From Tricharina praecox (Eukaryota): a stretch of 64,000 nucleotides of DNA. The DNA lies in the NCBI RefSeq assembly GCF_024521635.1, contig NW_026250417.1:744001-808000 (forward strand), read 5' to 3'. Position 1 is the stretch's first letter; each line of letters begins with the position of its first letter. Shown in pieces: positions 36,491 to 49,900 of the stretch. The notes under the pieces are model-generated. The model did no database searches, had not been told where the DNA came from, and saw only the letters and a program-made list of their open reading frames with translations. A program made the translations under genes and the position numbers.

Positions 36491-37584
36491 AGCGGTCGTG
36501 TAGGCGGGAACAAGAAGGTGAACCGTAGCAAAACCGGAGAAGTATAAACCTCCTAGGGCTGATGAATAAGAATATGGAGTTGAATGAGGCAGAGACGAGG
36601 GGGGTGTCCGAGGAGGGAAGAATCGTTGAAGCTGAAGTTCGGTAGATACGGAAAGGACGGCGGGTCGAAGCAGAAGGAGAAGGGAGTGTTGTGCTGCTTG
36701 CGAGATGCAGAACCAAAAAGCAGGAAAGGTTGAAGATCGAGGAAGTTCCGCTTTGGTCGTCGAGACCGGGAGGGGCTCTGTAATACTGGGGTTGCGAGCG
36801 CTGATCTGAGCTTTGGCGTCTTGGCTCCACTAGCCACGTCACGTGTCGTATAACAACTCCAACCGGCGGGTGCAACACGCGGAAGTAAACAAATAGGTAA
36901 TGCTGAGACACCGATTACAGAGAATAGGGGTTATAGCCGCCCGAGACGAGCGCCGTAACAAAGTTCGATATATGGTTTGCCTGGTCGTTCAGCGTTAATT
37001 CCTTGTGCCCTCAGAGCGTCCATCTGCGATCACTCGCCATTGCGCCTAGGCTACTAGTCGGTGCCTGCGTGCAAAATCCCTCAGCTTGGAAGGTCCAGGC
37101 ACGAAGCAGAAGCAGAAGATGTCAGCGTGGCAACAAAGCCTTCGCATCACTATCTACGGCAGTTGTATCCCGAGAAGAAATTTGGCCAATAGTATCGTCG
37201 GCAATTAGAATAAAATCCAGGATCAATGTAGTTGATGCTCAACTTGAGCTGAGGTCTGCATATGCATACCGCGCCGCTGAAATTGAAACAAGCAAAACAA
37301 TGATAGATACTCGGGCATTGCCTTTTTGCCAATCAAACGGACGCATTTCTTTTCGCTGGAGTGTGCAACTTTCTCGCTAAATAGGACCGCGATTCTCTCA
37401 AAGAGGACGTCTGAAGGGCTCACTATCGATCGAAAGAAAATGGAGTTATCCTCGACCGAGAGTAGAGCTCTGGGAGAATCAAGCTTCATGATGATTTTAT
37501 AGCCCACATACAAGAATATTACAGGAGTTTGGTTCATGGATTAAGCATTCTGCTCATCCCTACGACAATTAAACTCCATCCATT

Positions 37585-40500
37585 CTACCACGCAATCCTC
37601 GCAACAAACCCCTGCGGCCATCCCCTTATCACAAACTTCCTCATCTCATCAAGCAGCAACAGAACAACTCCAAAAGCTGCAGGGAGGAACCAGTACTCAA
37701 GAGGTATAGTTGTAGATCCAATCAAGTCCTGGAAGAACGGGATGTAACAGACTGCACAATGTTAATGCCATTCAGCCATGCCAGGGAGAGAGAGGGCTTA
37801 CAGATAAATACGATGATGATACCACACCCAATTGCGGGGAAAAGGTATAAGTTCCTGGAGTAGTACGGTCCCAACGGCGGCATTTGCGTGATACTCAACC
37901 GTCTCGTCCTCGTAGCCATGAGGTTAAAGAATTGCCTGTATACACAACTCATCAGCAGCGATTCACCCTTTCCTCCATCGGTGGGACATACATGACAACA
38001 AGCGTAACGAAGTACACTGAGCTGGCCTCATTCACCGTCCTGGTGATGAAATCAGGATCGTACTTGGAGTCGATATTCCCGTAAGATAGCCAGACTGCGG
38101 AGAATGGTAGGCCCTGGCGTTGCATGTACCAGAAACTCATTGCCATGCTGCAGACACACTCGATCATGCCGATGCAGAAGTAGGCGTGGAAGATTAGTTT
38201 GCCGTCGACAAGGTGCTCAGTGCGGTTGTTGCGCGGCTTGCGTGTGAGTGTATCGGACTCCGGCTGTTCATAGGCAAGGGACATGGCTGCTATGCAGTCG
38301 GTGAAACAGCAGATTACGATCATGAGGAAGGAAGACAGGATCTGTGGGAGCCCGAAGAGTACGTTGATCATAATGGGCCCTGGGCAGTCAGTTTATGATC
38401 AGTGAGTGGAAATAGAAATAGCTACTTACAAAGCTCACTGAAAGTTCCAGCTGGCAGGAGATAAGTGATTGTTTTTCGTAGATTATCTATAAGCGTATCA
38501 ATATCAGGGTCGTGACTTCTCTGACTTGGAACATGCATACCAAACACCGTTCTTCCAGCCCGGACAGCGCCGACAATCCCCTCGAAGCTGCCGAGAAGAA
38601 TCATATCCGCAGCCTCAATGGCAACTGCACTCCCGGAAGCCAGAGCAATTCCGACATCGGCTGCTTTCAGCGACTATTCGTACACAAATTAGTCAGTTAC
38701 AGTGCATCACGCAGTAGAAGCATCAAACTACCACGAACCGGAGCATCGTTAACACCATCCCCCGTCATTGCCACAACCTCACCCCTCTTCTGAAACTCCT
38801 TGACAATCCTCAACTTCTGTTCTGGCGTGGTCCGCGCAAACACAACCTCCTTATATCTCGATAATTGATCCCACTGCGCCTCATTCAACACAATCAACTC
38901 GGACCCTTCCAGGACGATGGCCCCCTGGAATCCCGTATCATTGTCGAACCACTCTTCATCCTTCTTCTCCTCGTGCTTAACATACTGCCTATCCAGCGAC
39001 GTAAAGTCTTCGACCGCAGCGGGAGGAACAGTAAGAATCCCACAGGAGCGGCCAATGGACTGCGCCGTGAGCTTGAAGTCACCAGTGACCATGAACACAC
39101 GGATACCCGCGCCGCGAAGGATCTCGATAACCCTTGGAATCTCGTCGCGGGGCGGGTCGACGATTCCCACTAAGCCGGCCAGTCTCATATCTGTTGCGGC
39201 TAAGGAAGCGACCTGATCGGCGAATTCGGCCGTGTTTGGAGCCCAAGGGAAGAGTGACTTCGGTACCCGCTTGCTGGCGAGGAGAATAACACGCTTTCCG
39301 TCCATAGCCCATTGTATCTGTGTCTGCTGCAGGTTCTCACGCCAGGCGGAGGTGAGCGCCGCCTGGGAATCGTCGGGTAGCAGCAATGAGCCGCACCGCG
39401 GGAGGAGGATGTCGGGGGCGCCTTTGATCATGAGGATACTTCACGGTCGAGCAATCAGTAACGGCAAACACTTCTGGACACAACCACTTACTGTTCACCG
39501 CAACAATCATCGCCTTCACCCACCACTTCGGCGAATAGCGAGAGCATGAACTTATTCTTGCTGTTGAATGGCACCTCGTAGATCCTCTTCCATTTATTCC
39601 GCAAGTCTGCTACTGGGCCCAAACTTTGCGCGAACCGCAGGATTGACTGGTCAGTGGCGTCGCCGTGGACTGTTTGCAGCTCCAAGGGAAGATGGAGAGT
39701 GGCTGCGTCGAACTCGCCGGCGTTACACAGCCCAGCGATGGCATAGACCTCGAGCATAGCTGGAGTAGGAGGCCCGCTGTGGGGGACTGTGTGCTTGTCA
39801 TAGCCGATGCAAAAGTCCGTGACGAACATCTTGTTCTATGGCATTGTCAACAACAATACGTCTAGAGCGCGAATGTACGCACGCACCTTCGTGAGTGTTC
39901 CAGTTTTATCCGAGCATAGCAATGACACTGAACCAAGCGTCTCGACCGTTGCGAGTGATTTGCACAGGATGTTATTTTTCCTCATGGAGTGCGCAGTGAT
40001 CGTAAGACACGTTGCGAGGGCAATGGGAAGACCTTCCGGAATGAAAGCCACCGCAACACTGACGCAGTCGACGATGAGGAGCGGAACATCGATCCACTTG
40101 GGATACGACCTCCGTAGCCAGGCAGCCCTGTGGTGGTTTCCGTCAACACTCTGCACCCATAAGACTAGAAGGAGCAACTTACCAGAGAATAATCACGAGA
40201 ATAACCACAAACAGCACCAGCCCGCCAATAACCATAACGAACCTCATAATCTCCCTCTGTAGTGGCGTCATTCCCTTGCGGGGGCGACTCGACAACTTCG
40301 CAATCCTTCCAAAGACCGTTTTGTCACCGGTGGCGACAACAATGCCAATGCCATTTCCGCTGACGCAGTGAGTACCTTGCAAAGCTATGCAACGGGTTTC
40401 GAGATAGTTGGGGTCAGTAGAATCGACGGTGGCCAGCGAAGGCTTTGATTCTCCTGTTCACTGGTCAGGTTCCCATCGAAGCTATCATTGAGCGCGAGGG

Positions 40501-41456
40501 CTTACCTGTTAAAACCGATCGATCGAACTTCAGGTCCATTGAAACCTCCAGCATCCTGAGATCGGCCGCAACCTTATCACCAAGCCTGACATAGAGGATA
40601 TCTCCAGGCACAAGTGCAGTCGATGGGACTTCAGTCTGGTTACCATCCCGCAGCACCAGACACTTATCCGGCAGCATGGACATAATTGAGTTCATAACCT
40701 TCGATGAAGAGTAATCCTGCCACGCATTGAATCCTGCCTGTATAGCGAAAACCAAGAGTAGCACAATACCGAGAGCTGCATTGGCAGGAGCGGGCGGATT
40801 TCCGAGAGGCTTCCATGCGATGAGAACGAGTATTCCACCAGTGAGGAGAAGTGAGCCGAAGCCGCCGAAGAAGTACATGAACAGCTTGTGGAGAAGACGC
40901 GAGGGAGGCGGTGTTGGAATGTTGTTGCCATACCATGAGACCAACTGTGGAATTTGGTCTGAACTGAGGCCGGTGGTGGGGGAGGACTGGAGACGCTCGT
41001 AGATATCCGGAAGAGGGACCACGTGCCATTGGAGTTCGGCGATTTCTTGAAAGGATTCATCAGATACCAGCGCCACGATAGGAGGAGGTATTCAAGAGTG
41101 AAATTATACCGTCGGCGAGTTCTTCGGCGTAGGATTTCTGCTTCACCTCCTGCTCCTTCTGCGATTCGGTACCGTCAAGCTTGATAGAGCTTCACCAGAA
41201 ATCAATCACATGCTTCCACGAGAATCCGCAAGAGGAGGAGGTAGGAGGTGAGGTTTCAATACAGTGCACGATATTCGACGGCCACCTGTGCCCCGAGGGA
41301 CCTGTCTCTGCTCAACCCCGAGGCCACACTCCTGATGGACATATCGGTGTACTGTCGTTGCAGTGGAAACCCATGACGAGCATTGACATTGTTTTCGACA
41401 TCTTGAAACTGGATGCGGGTTTGGTCTTTGCTTGCGGAGGTGATTTCGTCGGCCAT
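37585..41456 (-). CDS. P-type cation ATPase, Na+/K+-ATPase-alpha-like (probably the fungal ACU-type K+/Na+ uptake family), multi-exon
   Basis: DRSVLTGES, VAFIPEGLP, CSDKTGTLT (phospho-Asp), FNSKNKFM, KGAPDIL, DPPR, MVTGD, FARTTPEQK, MTGDGVNDAP, SLAYEQPESD; ends ARIAW*. Confidence 0.93.
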
Positions 41457-43087
41457 TGATGAAAAACGAGATTGAATGAATAGGTATTTTCTCTCTTCAC
41501 CCACTTCTAAGGCCTCTATATACAGCGAGGCAAATTTGCGGGACGTGGGTAAGAGGCCGCACGTGCGATGGTGAGATCCCTCTGTTACGGGCGCTGTAGC
41601 TATTGAGACATGAGGTTATTCATGACACTGCACTTGTCCCAGCCAGCCAATTCCCATCTCTGTCGCTCTCACAACTCAACCGAGTGACGACATTCAGCCC
41701 GAATGGCTATGCTTAGGCCTTCCTAAATTCTTCAAACCAGATGGTGGCTCCGACTGGCGATGTGGGTAAAATCACTCATATATCCAAACCATCGGTGCTC
41801 TCGGGCTGTGCAAGCTGCTGCAACGGCCTGACCTCCGCGCTGTCGTTCAGAAACAAGCTCACCGTGCAGATCTGGTAAATAAGCGCCCCCGCCTCGCTTA
41901 TGCGCGCCAGCTGCTGGATGGGGTTATGGTGCTCGAGTCGAGTGACCGGATGGAGGCATGAGCGGTGCTACCCTGGAATCTGTTGGTCACGATATTGCTG
42001 CCACTAGAACCGAGATATGAGCGATATTCGGATGGAAATTTTAAGGCCATATGCCGCGCCAGTGTTGTCGGTTTGGAGGAGCGGTCTGCTGTAATTGAAA
42101 ACTCCTGTTATTTGGTTCCCCTATCGAGGTATCCTGTGTATACCCGGCGGACTTCGCCTCTACCCCCATGCTGCCGCCTGTACCCGGGTCCTGTCACTTG
42201 CCATTGTCACTACCAGCTCCCCCCGCACCCACTCTGACCCAGCGGTACCTACTTTCTCTTTGGATGATAGTGCTGGGGAGTTCTGCCCACATTGGAGTCT
42301 GCAAATCAAACTGCCCATCACGAAGGAGTCCCACAAAGTGCAATGGCCTCAGTCAGAGAATTCCGCAACCCCAAGTTCGCCTCAGTCAATCCTGTGTCGT
42401 TTCCTGGCTAATGTTCGTCACTCGAACCAGCAGCGTCTTGGATTTTTGTCCTCACGATCCTACTACTGATATCCCCCAATACTCACAATTCCCTGGCTCG
42501 TTTCCAAAGAACCAGATCATCCAACCCAAAGAGATAGAAATCGTAGTAGCGATGTTGTTTTTAGTTGGGTTCCCGTCATAGCACCTACCGCCCGTTGGAA
42601 CGAGATACCTTTCCGTGGGAGCTTAGGGCTGTATTTGCTAGTCCTTCTCTGTCCACATGCCCGCTGCCCGCGTGCGCTCCTTTGCGAGCAGGCAGTGCTG
42701 CTCTGTTTCCCCCCTAAACCCCCTTGCCTTGCAGTTGCCAGTCGCGATTGTGAGTGTGATGATGGTAGATATACCGGTATTTTCAAGATGTACGAGACAA
42801 CGTGCGAAACAGCAGCTTATCGGTTGGCTCTGTGCTCCGCCGCAACATTGATTGCTACATGTTATCGATCGTCCCAGGAGATTGGTACCGAAACAGCATC
42901 ACAACACCCTTACAAAAAATTTCAGTAGTGTTCTTATCGGAATGCGGGGACATCGATACCACCGGAGTTTTGGTCTTTGATTCTGTTTGCGCAGGTTCGA
43001 GGTAACTAACAAGGGCTGCATTGCTGTTCCCCCTTGAAGAACGGACCAAACATCACCCTAGCAGATAGAGAAGATGGTCCAAAAACA

Positions 43088-43161
43088 TGATTTGACCGAG
43101 GCTCGATCTCGGGACCTCTCGTGTGTGAGACGAGTGTGATAACCAACTACACCATCAAACC
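43088..43161 (-). tRNA. tRNA-Val (anticodon CAC), intronless
   Basis: Reverse complement GGTTTGATGGTGTAGTTGGTTATCACACTCGTCTCACACACGAGAGGTCCCGAGATCGAGCCTCGGTCAAATCA folds as a cloverleaf with stem CTCGT/ACGAG around CT-CAC-AC; followed by a T5 run (Pol III terminator). Confidence 0.95.
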
Positions 43162-43284
43162 ACTTATGAGGATGGACCATGTGTTGGCCTACTCATACAA
43201 ATCTGCACGGTTGTCACTGATTACTCTTGAATAATCACGTTCGCTTTTCTCCCATAACTTATACATTACAAGCCCTTCCGCCAA

Positions 43285-45824
43285 CTACCGCCTTCCTTTC
43301 CCTCTCCCTTTCTTCGAACCCCCACCCGCATCCCTCTTATTCGCAGCCTTGACACCACCCCTCAGGCCTTTGGTCGCTCGGTCTGACTTCGTCTTCTTGT
43401 ACACTTTCTCCTTCTCCTCCTTCATCTCCTCGCGCTTCCTTTTCTTCCCGCTCATGGGAGTTTTCTTATCGGGTAGAGAAATCCCGTTGAGCTCGGCCTT
43501 ACTGACCTTCTTCGCCTCCGCCTTCTCACGCTGACTCTCAAACCACGTCCTCTTGGGACGTCCCTTGATCTCATCCTCGAACTTAACCAGGTTCTCAGTC
43601 CTCCGCACCTGCATTTCCATCGTCTGAATGAACTTCTCCTCCTTCTCCTCCTTAAGCACATCCTCAATCTCGTCTTCGAGAGCAGTGAGCTTCTCGTGCA
43701 CAGCGTTGACTGTATCATTGTCGAGGACGCGCGAGACGACCTTGGCGGATTGTGCCTGAGCGGCGCGCACGGCGGCCTTGACGACTTTGCGGTCGCTTTC
43801 GGAGGCGAGGGTGATGGCACGACCTGAGCGCCCAGCACGCGCGGTACGTCCGACTCTGTGAAGATAGATCTCGTGGGATTGCGGCGCCTCGAAGTTGATT
43901 ACGCAATCAACGTTTTTGATATCAAGACCACGGGAGGCAAGATCGGTTGCGAGCAGGTAGTCGACCGCGCCGTCACGGAAGGCTTCAACGGCTTTGACAC
44001 GCTAGGGAAGGTTAGCATGCTACATGGAGGGATCGGCGAGGGGATGGATTTTACCTGTTCCTGTGTCAAACTTCCGTGTAGCTCTGTAGCCTTGAGTCCG
44101 AAGAGCCCGAAAATGACGCGGATTCTGTGTGCAAGCACCTTGGAGCGGAAGAAAATGATGCATCGGGTGGTCACAAGCGTTTTGCAGATATGAATCAACA
44201 TAGCTAACTTCTGCTTCTCGCGCTGGGGCCTGATGCGGACGAATTCCTGCACCAATCCCTTGACGGTGCTCTTTTTGCGGTCCACCATGAGACGGACCGG
44301 GCGATTAAGGGAGAGTCTGATCAGCTTGTCGACGGAGTCGGTCATGGTCGCAGAGAACAGCATGGTTTGTCGGCTCTTGGGAATCGTGTTGATGATCTCG
44401 TTGAGCTCGTCGGCGAATCCGTCTTCCAGCATACGATCGGCCTCGTCCAATACCACGATCTCGATGGTTTCCACACCAAAGCCCTGAGAGTTGCGCATGT
44501 GGTCGATGAAACGACCAGGAGTGGCAAAGATGACATCGGGGCGTTTCTTGAGCTCAAGTTCCTGCACCTTGAGCGATAGTCCTCCTACCGCCAGAGCGAA
44601 TTTGATGTCGGTATACGCTGCCAGCTTGACTCCCACCGAGTGCGCCTGCATCGCCAACTCACGGGTAGGACACAGGATGAGAACTCTGGATGTAGGCACC
44701 TTCTTTGGTCGGTAGAGTAGTCGCTCGAGAATCGGCACTATAAACGCCGCCGTCTTTCCGGAACCAGTTTCCGCACCTCCAACGACGTCCTTGCCAAGTA
44801 GTGCCACAGGAATAGCTTTCTGTTGAATCAAAGTAGGTGCAGTGAAGCCGACGTTGGCGAGACCACGGAGGATAGGACGAGAGAGGTTCATGTTTTGGAA
44901 GCTCGCCGAAGGGTCGGGGTTAAAAGTGATCTCATCTTCAGGAGCAAAGTAGGCGGCCTTTTTAGCAGCTTCGGCGGCGGTCTCGGTATCCGATCCTTCG
45001 CGGTCAGAGCCAATATCGTCGGGATGGGGAACGTAGGAGGCTACAGATTCATCGTCAGAGTCTTCGCCCTTGTCCTCGTCGCCGTCGCCGCCCTCATCGT
45101 CCGAGTCCTTGGAGGCGTCCGAATTTTTTGTTGCGTCTTCGTCCTCCTCTGAATCTGCGCCCATGCCAAAACCGTCCGCAGCAATGTCCTCGTCGTCGTC
45201 TTCAAATCCTGCGAAACTCACTTCCGCCTCATCATCTCCATTTTCCTCGTCGCTCTCTCCACCCTCGTCCTCGTCTTCCGCCGCGCCTTCATCATCACCC
45301 TCTTCACTCTCGTCGTCGGCGAGTTCGGGTGCGTCATTATCAGCGTCGTCTCCGTTCTCCCCACCCTTCCCTTCCTGCTTCTTTTTTGCTGCCCTCCGCC
45401 GGATGATTTCGTCTATATCCACTCCTTTCTTCTGGTCCCTCATCGCCGCCTTTGCACCCTCAAATCCCCACCCATCGTACTCTCCGACAGCGTCACCCAG
45501 ATCACCTGCCTGGAACTCAAAATCCGAGTCCAACCCGCCATCGTTCGCCGCCTTCTTCTCCTTGCGCTCTACCACAACCTTCTTTTCCGTGCGCTTCCTT
45601 TTCTTCCCTCGCGACTCCTCCTCCTCCGGTTCGGGGGAAAGACTCGGGCTGATCTGCGCCCCGTCGTCAGAGTCGTCTTCGTCCAGAATCGGCACGTCTT
45701 GATCCGAGTCATCAATGGTCATAACGAAGTCGTTGGCGGCGGCCGGTGCGACTTTTGCATTTATCGTAGGCGATGCGCCGTCCCTCGAGGGAGTCTCATT
45801 GTTCTTGCGCTTTGATTTCGCCAT
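43285..45824 (-). CDS. DRS1: DEAD-box ATP-dependent RNA helicase DRS1 (60S biogenesis), 2 exons
   Basis: Acidic N-terminus, [66 protein letters not shown]. Confidence 0.95.
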
Positions 45825-46900
45825 TTTGTGTGGTGTGGTGGGGGTTCGTTGGTGGTGGGGTATAATTGTGGATGTCCTTTCGTTGCGAGAGAACTTCGAC
45901 TCTGAACTTTTTTTCGCAGAGCCGCAGGGATCAACGCCGCTAGCTTGGAGCGTGTCGTGCACGGGCTAACGCCGCAAGTGAGAGACATGTGGAAAATGAA
46001 GCTGTGCCTGTTCGAGATTCACAAACGATTACATGTAGTAGATATGGGTACTTTTTCGAGTGAATTACGGCGGTGATTGCTGAAGCAGATCTAGCCTTCG
46101 CTGCTGGTGGGAGGGTGATTTTCTGTGTCTCATCCACCTTGTGGTTCCTACGCCCGTCCGTCCAGTCCTCTTGGCTTCCCCGTTTTCGTGTCTTTGTCAA
46201 AATTGAACTGGACTGCGCACAATGCATTTTCAAAAGAGGAGAACCCGCTTCCTTCGAAGAACGGACCAGGCAGGACAGGTAAAGCTGACCGGCTCAGCCG
46301 TTTCTGCATTCCGACTGTCTCTCTATCTGCTACTTCTCCCCTTCATCTCCTACACCCCCTCCTTATCCATAGAGCACCTACCGTAGTCAATCGTCCGGAT
46401 ATATCCCCATACCGTTCAACCTGCCCCCACTACCACTACATTCATCACCATCCTCACTACCAAAACTCCCCATGCCCTTTCAATTTGCCCTGCTTAGTTA
46501 ATGCGCCTATTACGTACTCACAAGCGCACCAGAGGTATCCTCATAGAATAGGTCGATATACCGCCCCCTCTCGACCAAATCGACGTCATTCGTTGATCCG
46601 GAACCACCTTCAAATTGTTAGTTGATCTAGCATTCTAAAGTCCAATCCAATTTTCACATCCCCAAAAGACTTTCATTTACATCTGCCATTCTATATTTCG
46701 TATGTGCACCATACTGTGGTCGCTGAGATCGGACCAGTTGTTGGCCTCGCGTCCCTGCGCGTCCTTGTTTTGCTTTTGTTTCTATTTCCACATGGGCTGC
46801 TAACGAACTCCACGCCCTGCAGAAGCCCCTCGCGACGAAACCATCACAGACCTCGCCTTACACAACCACCGACCGCTCTTCCCTTCGCCCCCGATCCGTC

Positions 46901-49900
46901 ATGGACAACCCAGAATTACAAGCGCACCTGGCCGCTCTCGATGCCGAACTCGATGAGGGCGATATTACGCAGAAAGGATACGAGAAACGCCGCACACTCT
47001 TGCTCTCGCAGTTCGGCGTCAACGTCGGCTCCGGCAGCATCACCTCCTCCAATCCATCGCATCACTCGTTGCAACAATGGCGATACAGCGACGGATCTTA
47101 TCAAGGAATGGATTCGTCTTCGGTTGGTGGTGGGAGCCGGACATCTCTTGTGATGGGTGGAGCGCCGCAGCCGGACCGGAGTAGAGGCGGGGGAGAATAT
47201 GAGTCGGCTCCGGCCGGCACGAGATCAAGTTACTTACAGAGCGCGGCACCACCGCACATGAGGAGCAGCTCGAATAGCAGTTCGAGGTTATCGCCGCATT
47301 CACCGCATCATACCCGCGACGATTCGATGACGTTGCCGACTCAAGGCACTCACATCCGGAACTACAGCTCTGCATCGTCCAATCCGTCGGTCCAACAACA
47401 GCAGAGCTATGCGTACACGCCGCCGCATAACCACATGCAACTACCACCACAGATCGAATATGAGCAGTACGATGAAGGTCAGACACCAATGCAAGACCAG
47501 CCGGGAATGTCGGATTCGAGGACGAATACACTATTTGACGCGGGGGGCTACTTCTCGGACTTTACTGCCCAGGTCTACGAGCCGGGGAAAGACCTAAACC
47601 AGAATCGACCTCTGGAGAATGACTACAACCAGCCTATGATGCACCGCTATCCGGAGAACGCCGGATTCTCCCCCACTGCTGCTGTTCCTCCGCCGATGCT
47701 CAACACCAACGATATGCCGCCGCCAAGCGCCATCAACACCTTGATGCCGCTAGAACCACGGGATGTGCCATTCGCGGTCGATGACCCCCACAACAGGAAT
47801 ATTCCAATGTCAAAATTCGACAATATAGCCACCGTACTGCGGCATCGGGCTCGATCAATACCGAAACAGCAAGCATATGTCATCCTGGATACCAAAGGCA
47901 AGGAAGTCGCCGCCATCTCCTGGGAGAAACTGGGATCACGCGCAGAAAAAGTGGCGCAAGTGATACGGGAGAAATCAGGCCTATATCGAGGGGACCGCGT
48001 GGCGTTGGTTTACCGTGATGTGGAACTCATAGATTTTGCTGTCGCGTTGCTTGGCTGTTTCATTGCTGGTGTGGTCGCTGTTCCTATCAATAACATGGAA
48101 GATTATCCCAAACTCAACTTCATCTTGACATCGACGCAGGCGCATCTAGCGCTCACCACGGACAGCAACCTGAAGGCATTCCAGCGCGAGCTAACGACTC
48201 TGAAGCTAGCCTGGCCAAGGGGCGTTGAGTGGTGGAAGACAAACGAGTTTGGCTCCTTTCACGCCAAGAAGGGCGAGGAAGTCCCGCCATTGCAGGTTCC
48301 AGATTTAGCCTACATAGAGTTCTGGCGGGCACCTACTGGCGACCTACGAGGTGTTGTACTGAGTCACAGGACGATAATGCACCAGATGGGAACGCTCAGC
48401 GCGATCATAAACACTGCGCCAAGCAACAGTCGAGACACATTTGACACGAGCCTCCGTGACAAGACTGGACGGCCAGTCGCAGGCGGGCCTGCCGGAGAGA
48501 CGCTGGTTTCGTATCTCGACCCCCGACAGGGCATTGGACTGATCCACTCGGTCCTCATGACCGTATACGGCGGACAAACGACGGTGTGGTGCTCACAGGC
48601 CACCACAAGCGTGCCAGGTCTCTATGCCAACATCATCACTCGCTACAAGGCTACTCTGTGCTTGGGGGATTACCCGGCGCTGAAGCTCGTTGCCTACAAC
48701 TACCAGACCGAACCGTTTGCGACCAGGAACTTTCAGAAGAAATATCCGGTGGATTTCTCGTCTATAAAGTTGATGATGATCGATGCTTTGGTGGTTGACT
48801 CGGAGTTCCACGAAATCTTGGCGGACCGATGGTTGAAGCCCCTTGGTAATCAGAGGGCACGAGACGCTGTGGCTCCTATGTTGTGTTTGCCGGAGCATGG
48901 AGGGATGGTCATTGCGATGCGCGATTGGGTTGGTGGCGAGGAGAGGATGGGATTTCCCCTTTCCAAGCCGCAGGAGGAGGAAGAGACGATTGAGCCTGAG
49001 AGTCCCGTCGACCCGAAAACAAGTATACTCGGGAATGGATACTCGTCGTTGCTATCCAATCCCAAAGTTCCTGGCACTAAAGAGAAGAAGCCTCCCGAGA
49101 TCATGGAGGTTTTATTGGAGAGAGAAGCACTCAAAATGAATGACATCGTTGTCGTAGCGATGGGAGAAGAGGTTGAGAAGAGAGGAGAGGATGAGACCGC
49201 GCTTAGAGTGGGGGCATTTGGTTATCCTATACCGGATGCCACGCTTGCTATCGTGGACCCGGAAACCTCGCTCCTTTGCGCTCAGAACACGGTGGGCGAG
49301 ATTTGGGTGGATTCTCCGTCACTTTCCGGTGGATTTTGGGCGGCGCCGAAGCAGACCGAGACTATCTTTCACGCGAGGCCATATCGCTTTGAGGAATACA
49401 ACCCGCACCCCGTACCGGTGGAGCCGGAATTTCTGCGGACAGGGCTGTTGGGATGCGTTATTGAGGGGAAGATCTTCGTGCTCGGCCTCTATGAAGACCG
49501 ACTACGGCAGCGAGTGGAGTGGGTGGATGGGGAGCAAGCCGAGCAGCGGGAAGAATACCGATACTTCTTCGTGCAGCATCTCGTCGTCACGCTCATGAAA
49601 AAGATGTCGAAACTCTACGATTGTTCGGCCTTTGACGTGTGCGTCAATGATGAACATCTTCCGATAATCCTATTAGAATCACACGCTGCATCGACTGCAC
49701 CCACGGCCGCTGGTGGGGCAGCGAGACAATTGGATATTGCTCTTCTGGACTCGCTTTCGGAGCGATGCATGGAGGTACTCCTGACAGAACATCAACTCCG
49801 AGTATATTGTGTTATGATTACAGCACCCAGCAGTCTTCCGCGAGTCGTCAAGAATGGTCGCCGGGAGATCGGAAATATGCTCTGCCGAAAGGAGTTTGAT

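Noticed and set aside
41500..43050. Short ORFs between the ATPase start and the tRNA
   Set aside because: No motif or coherent exon structure; probably promoter or intergenic DNA.
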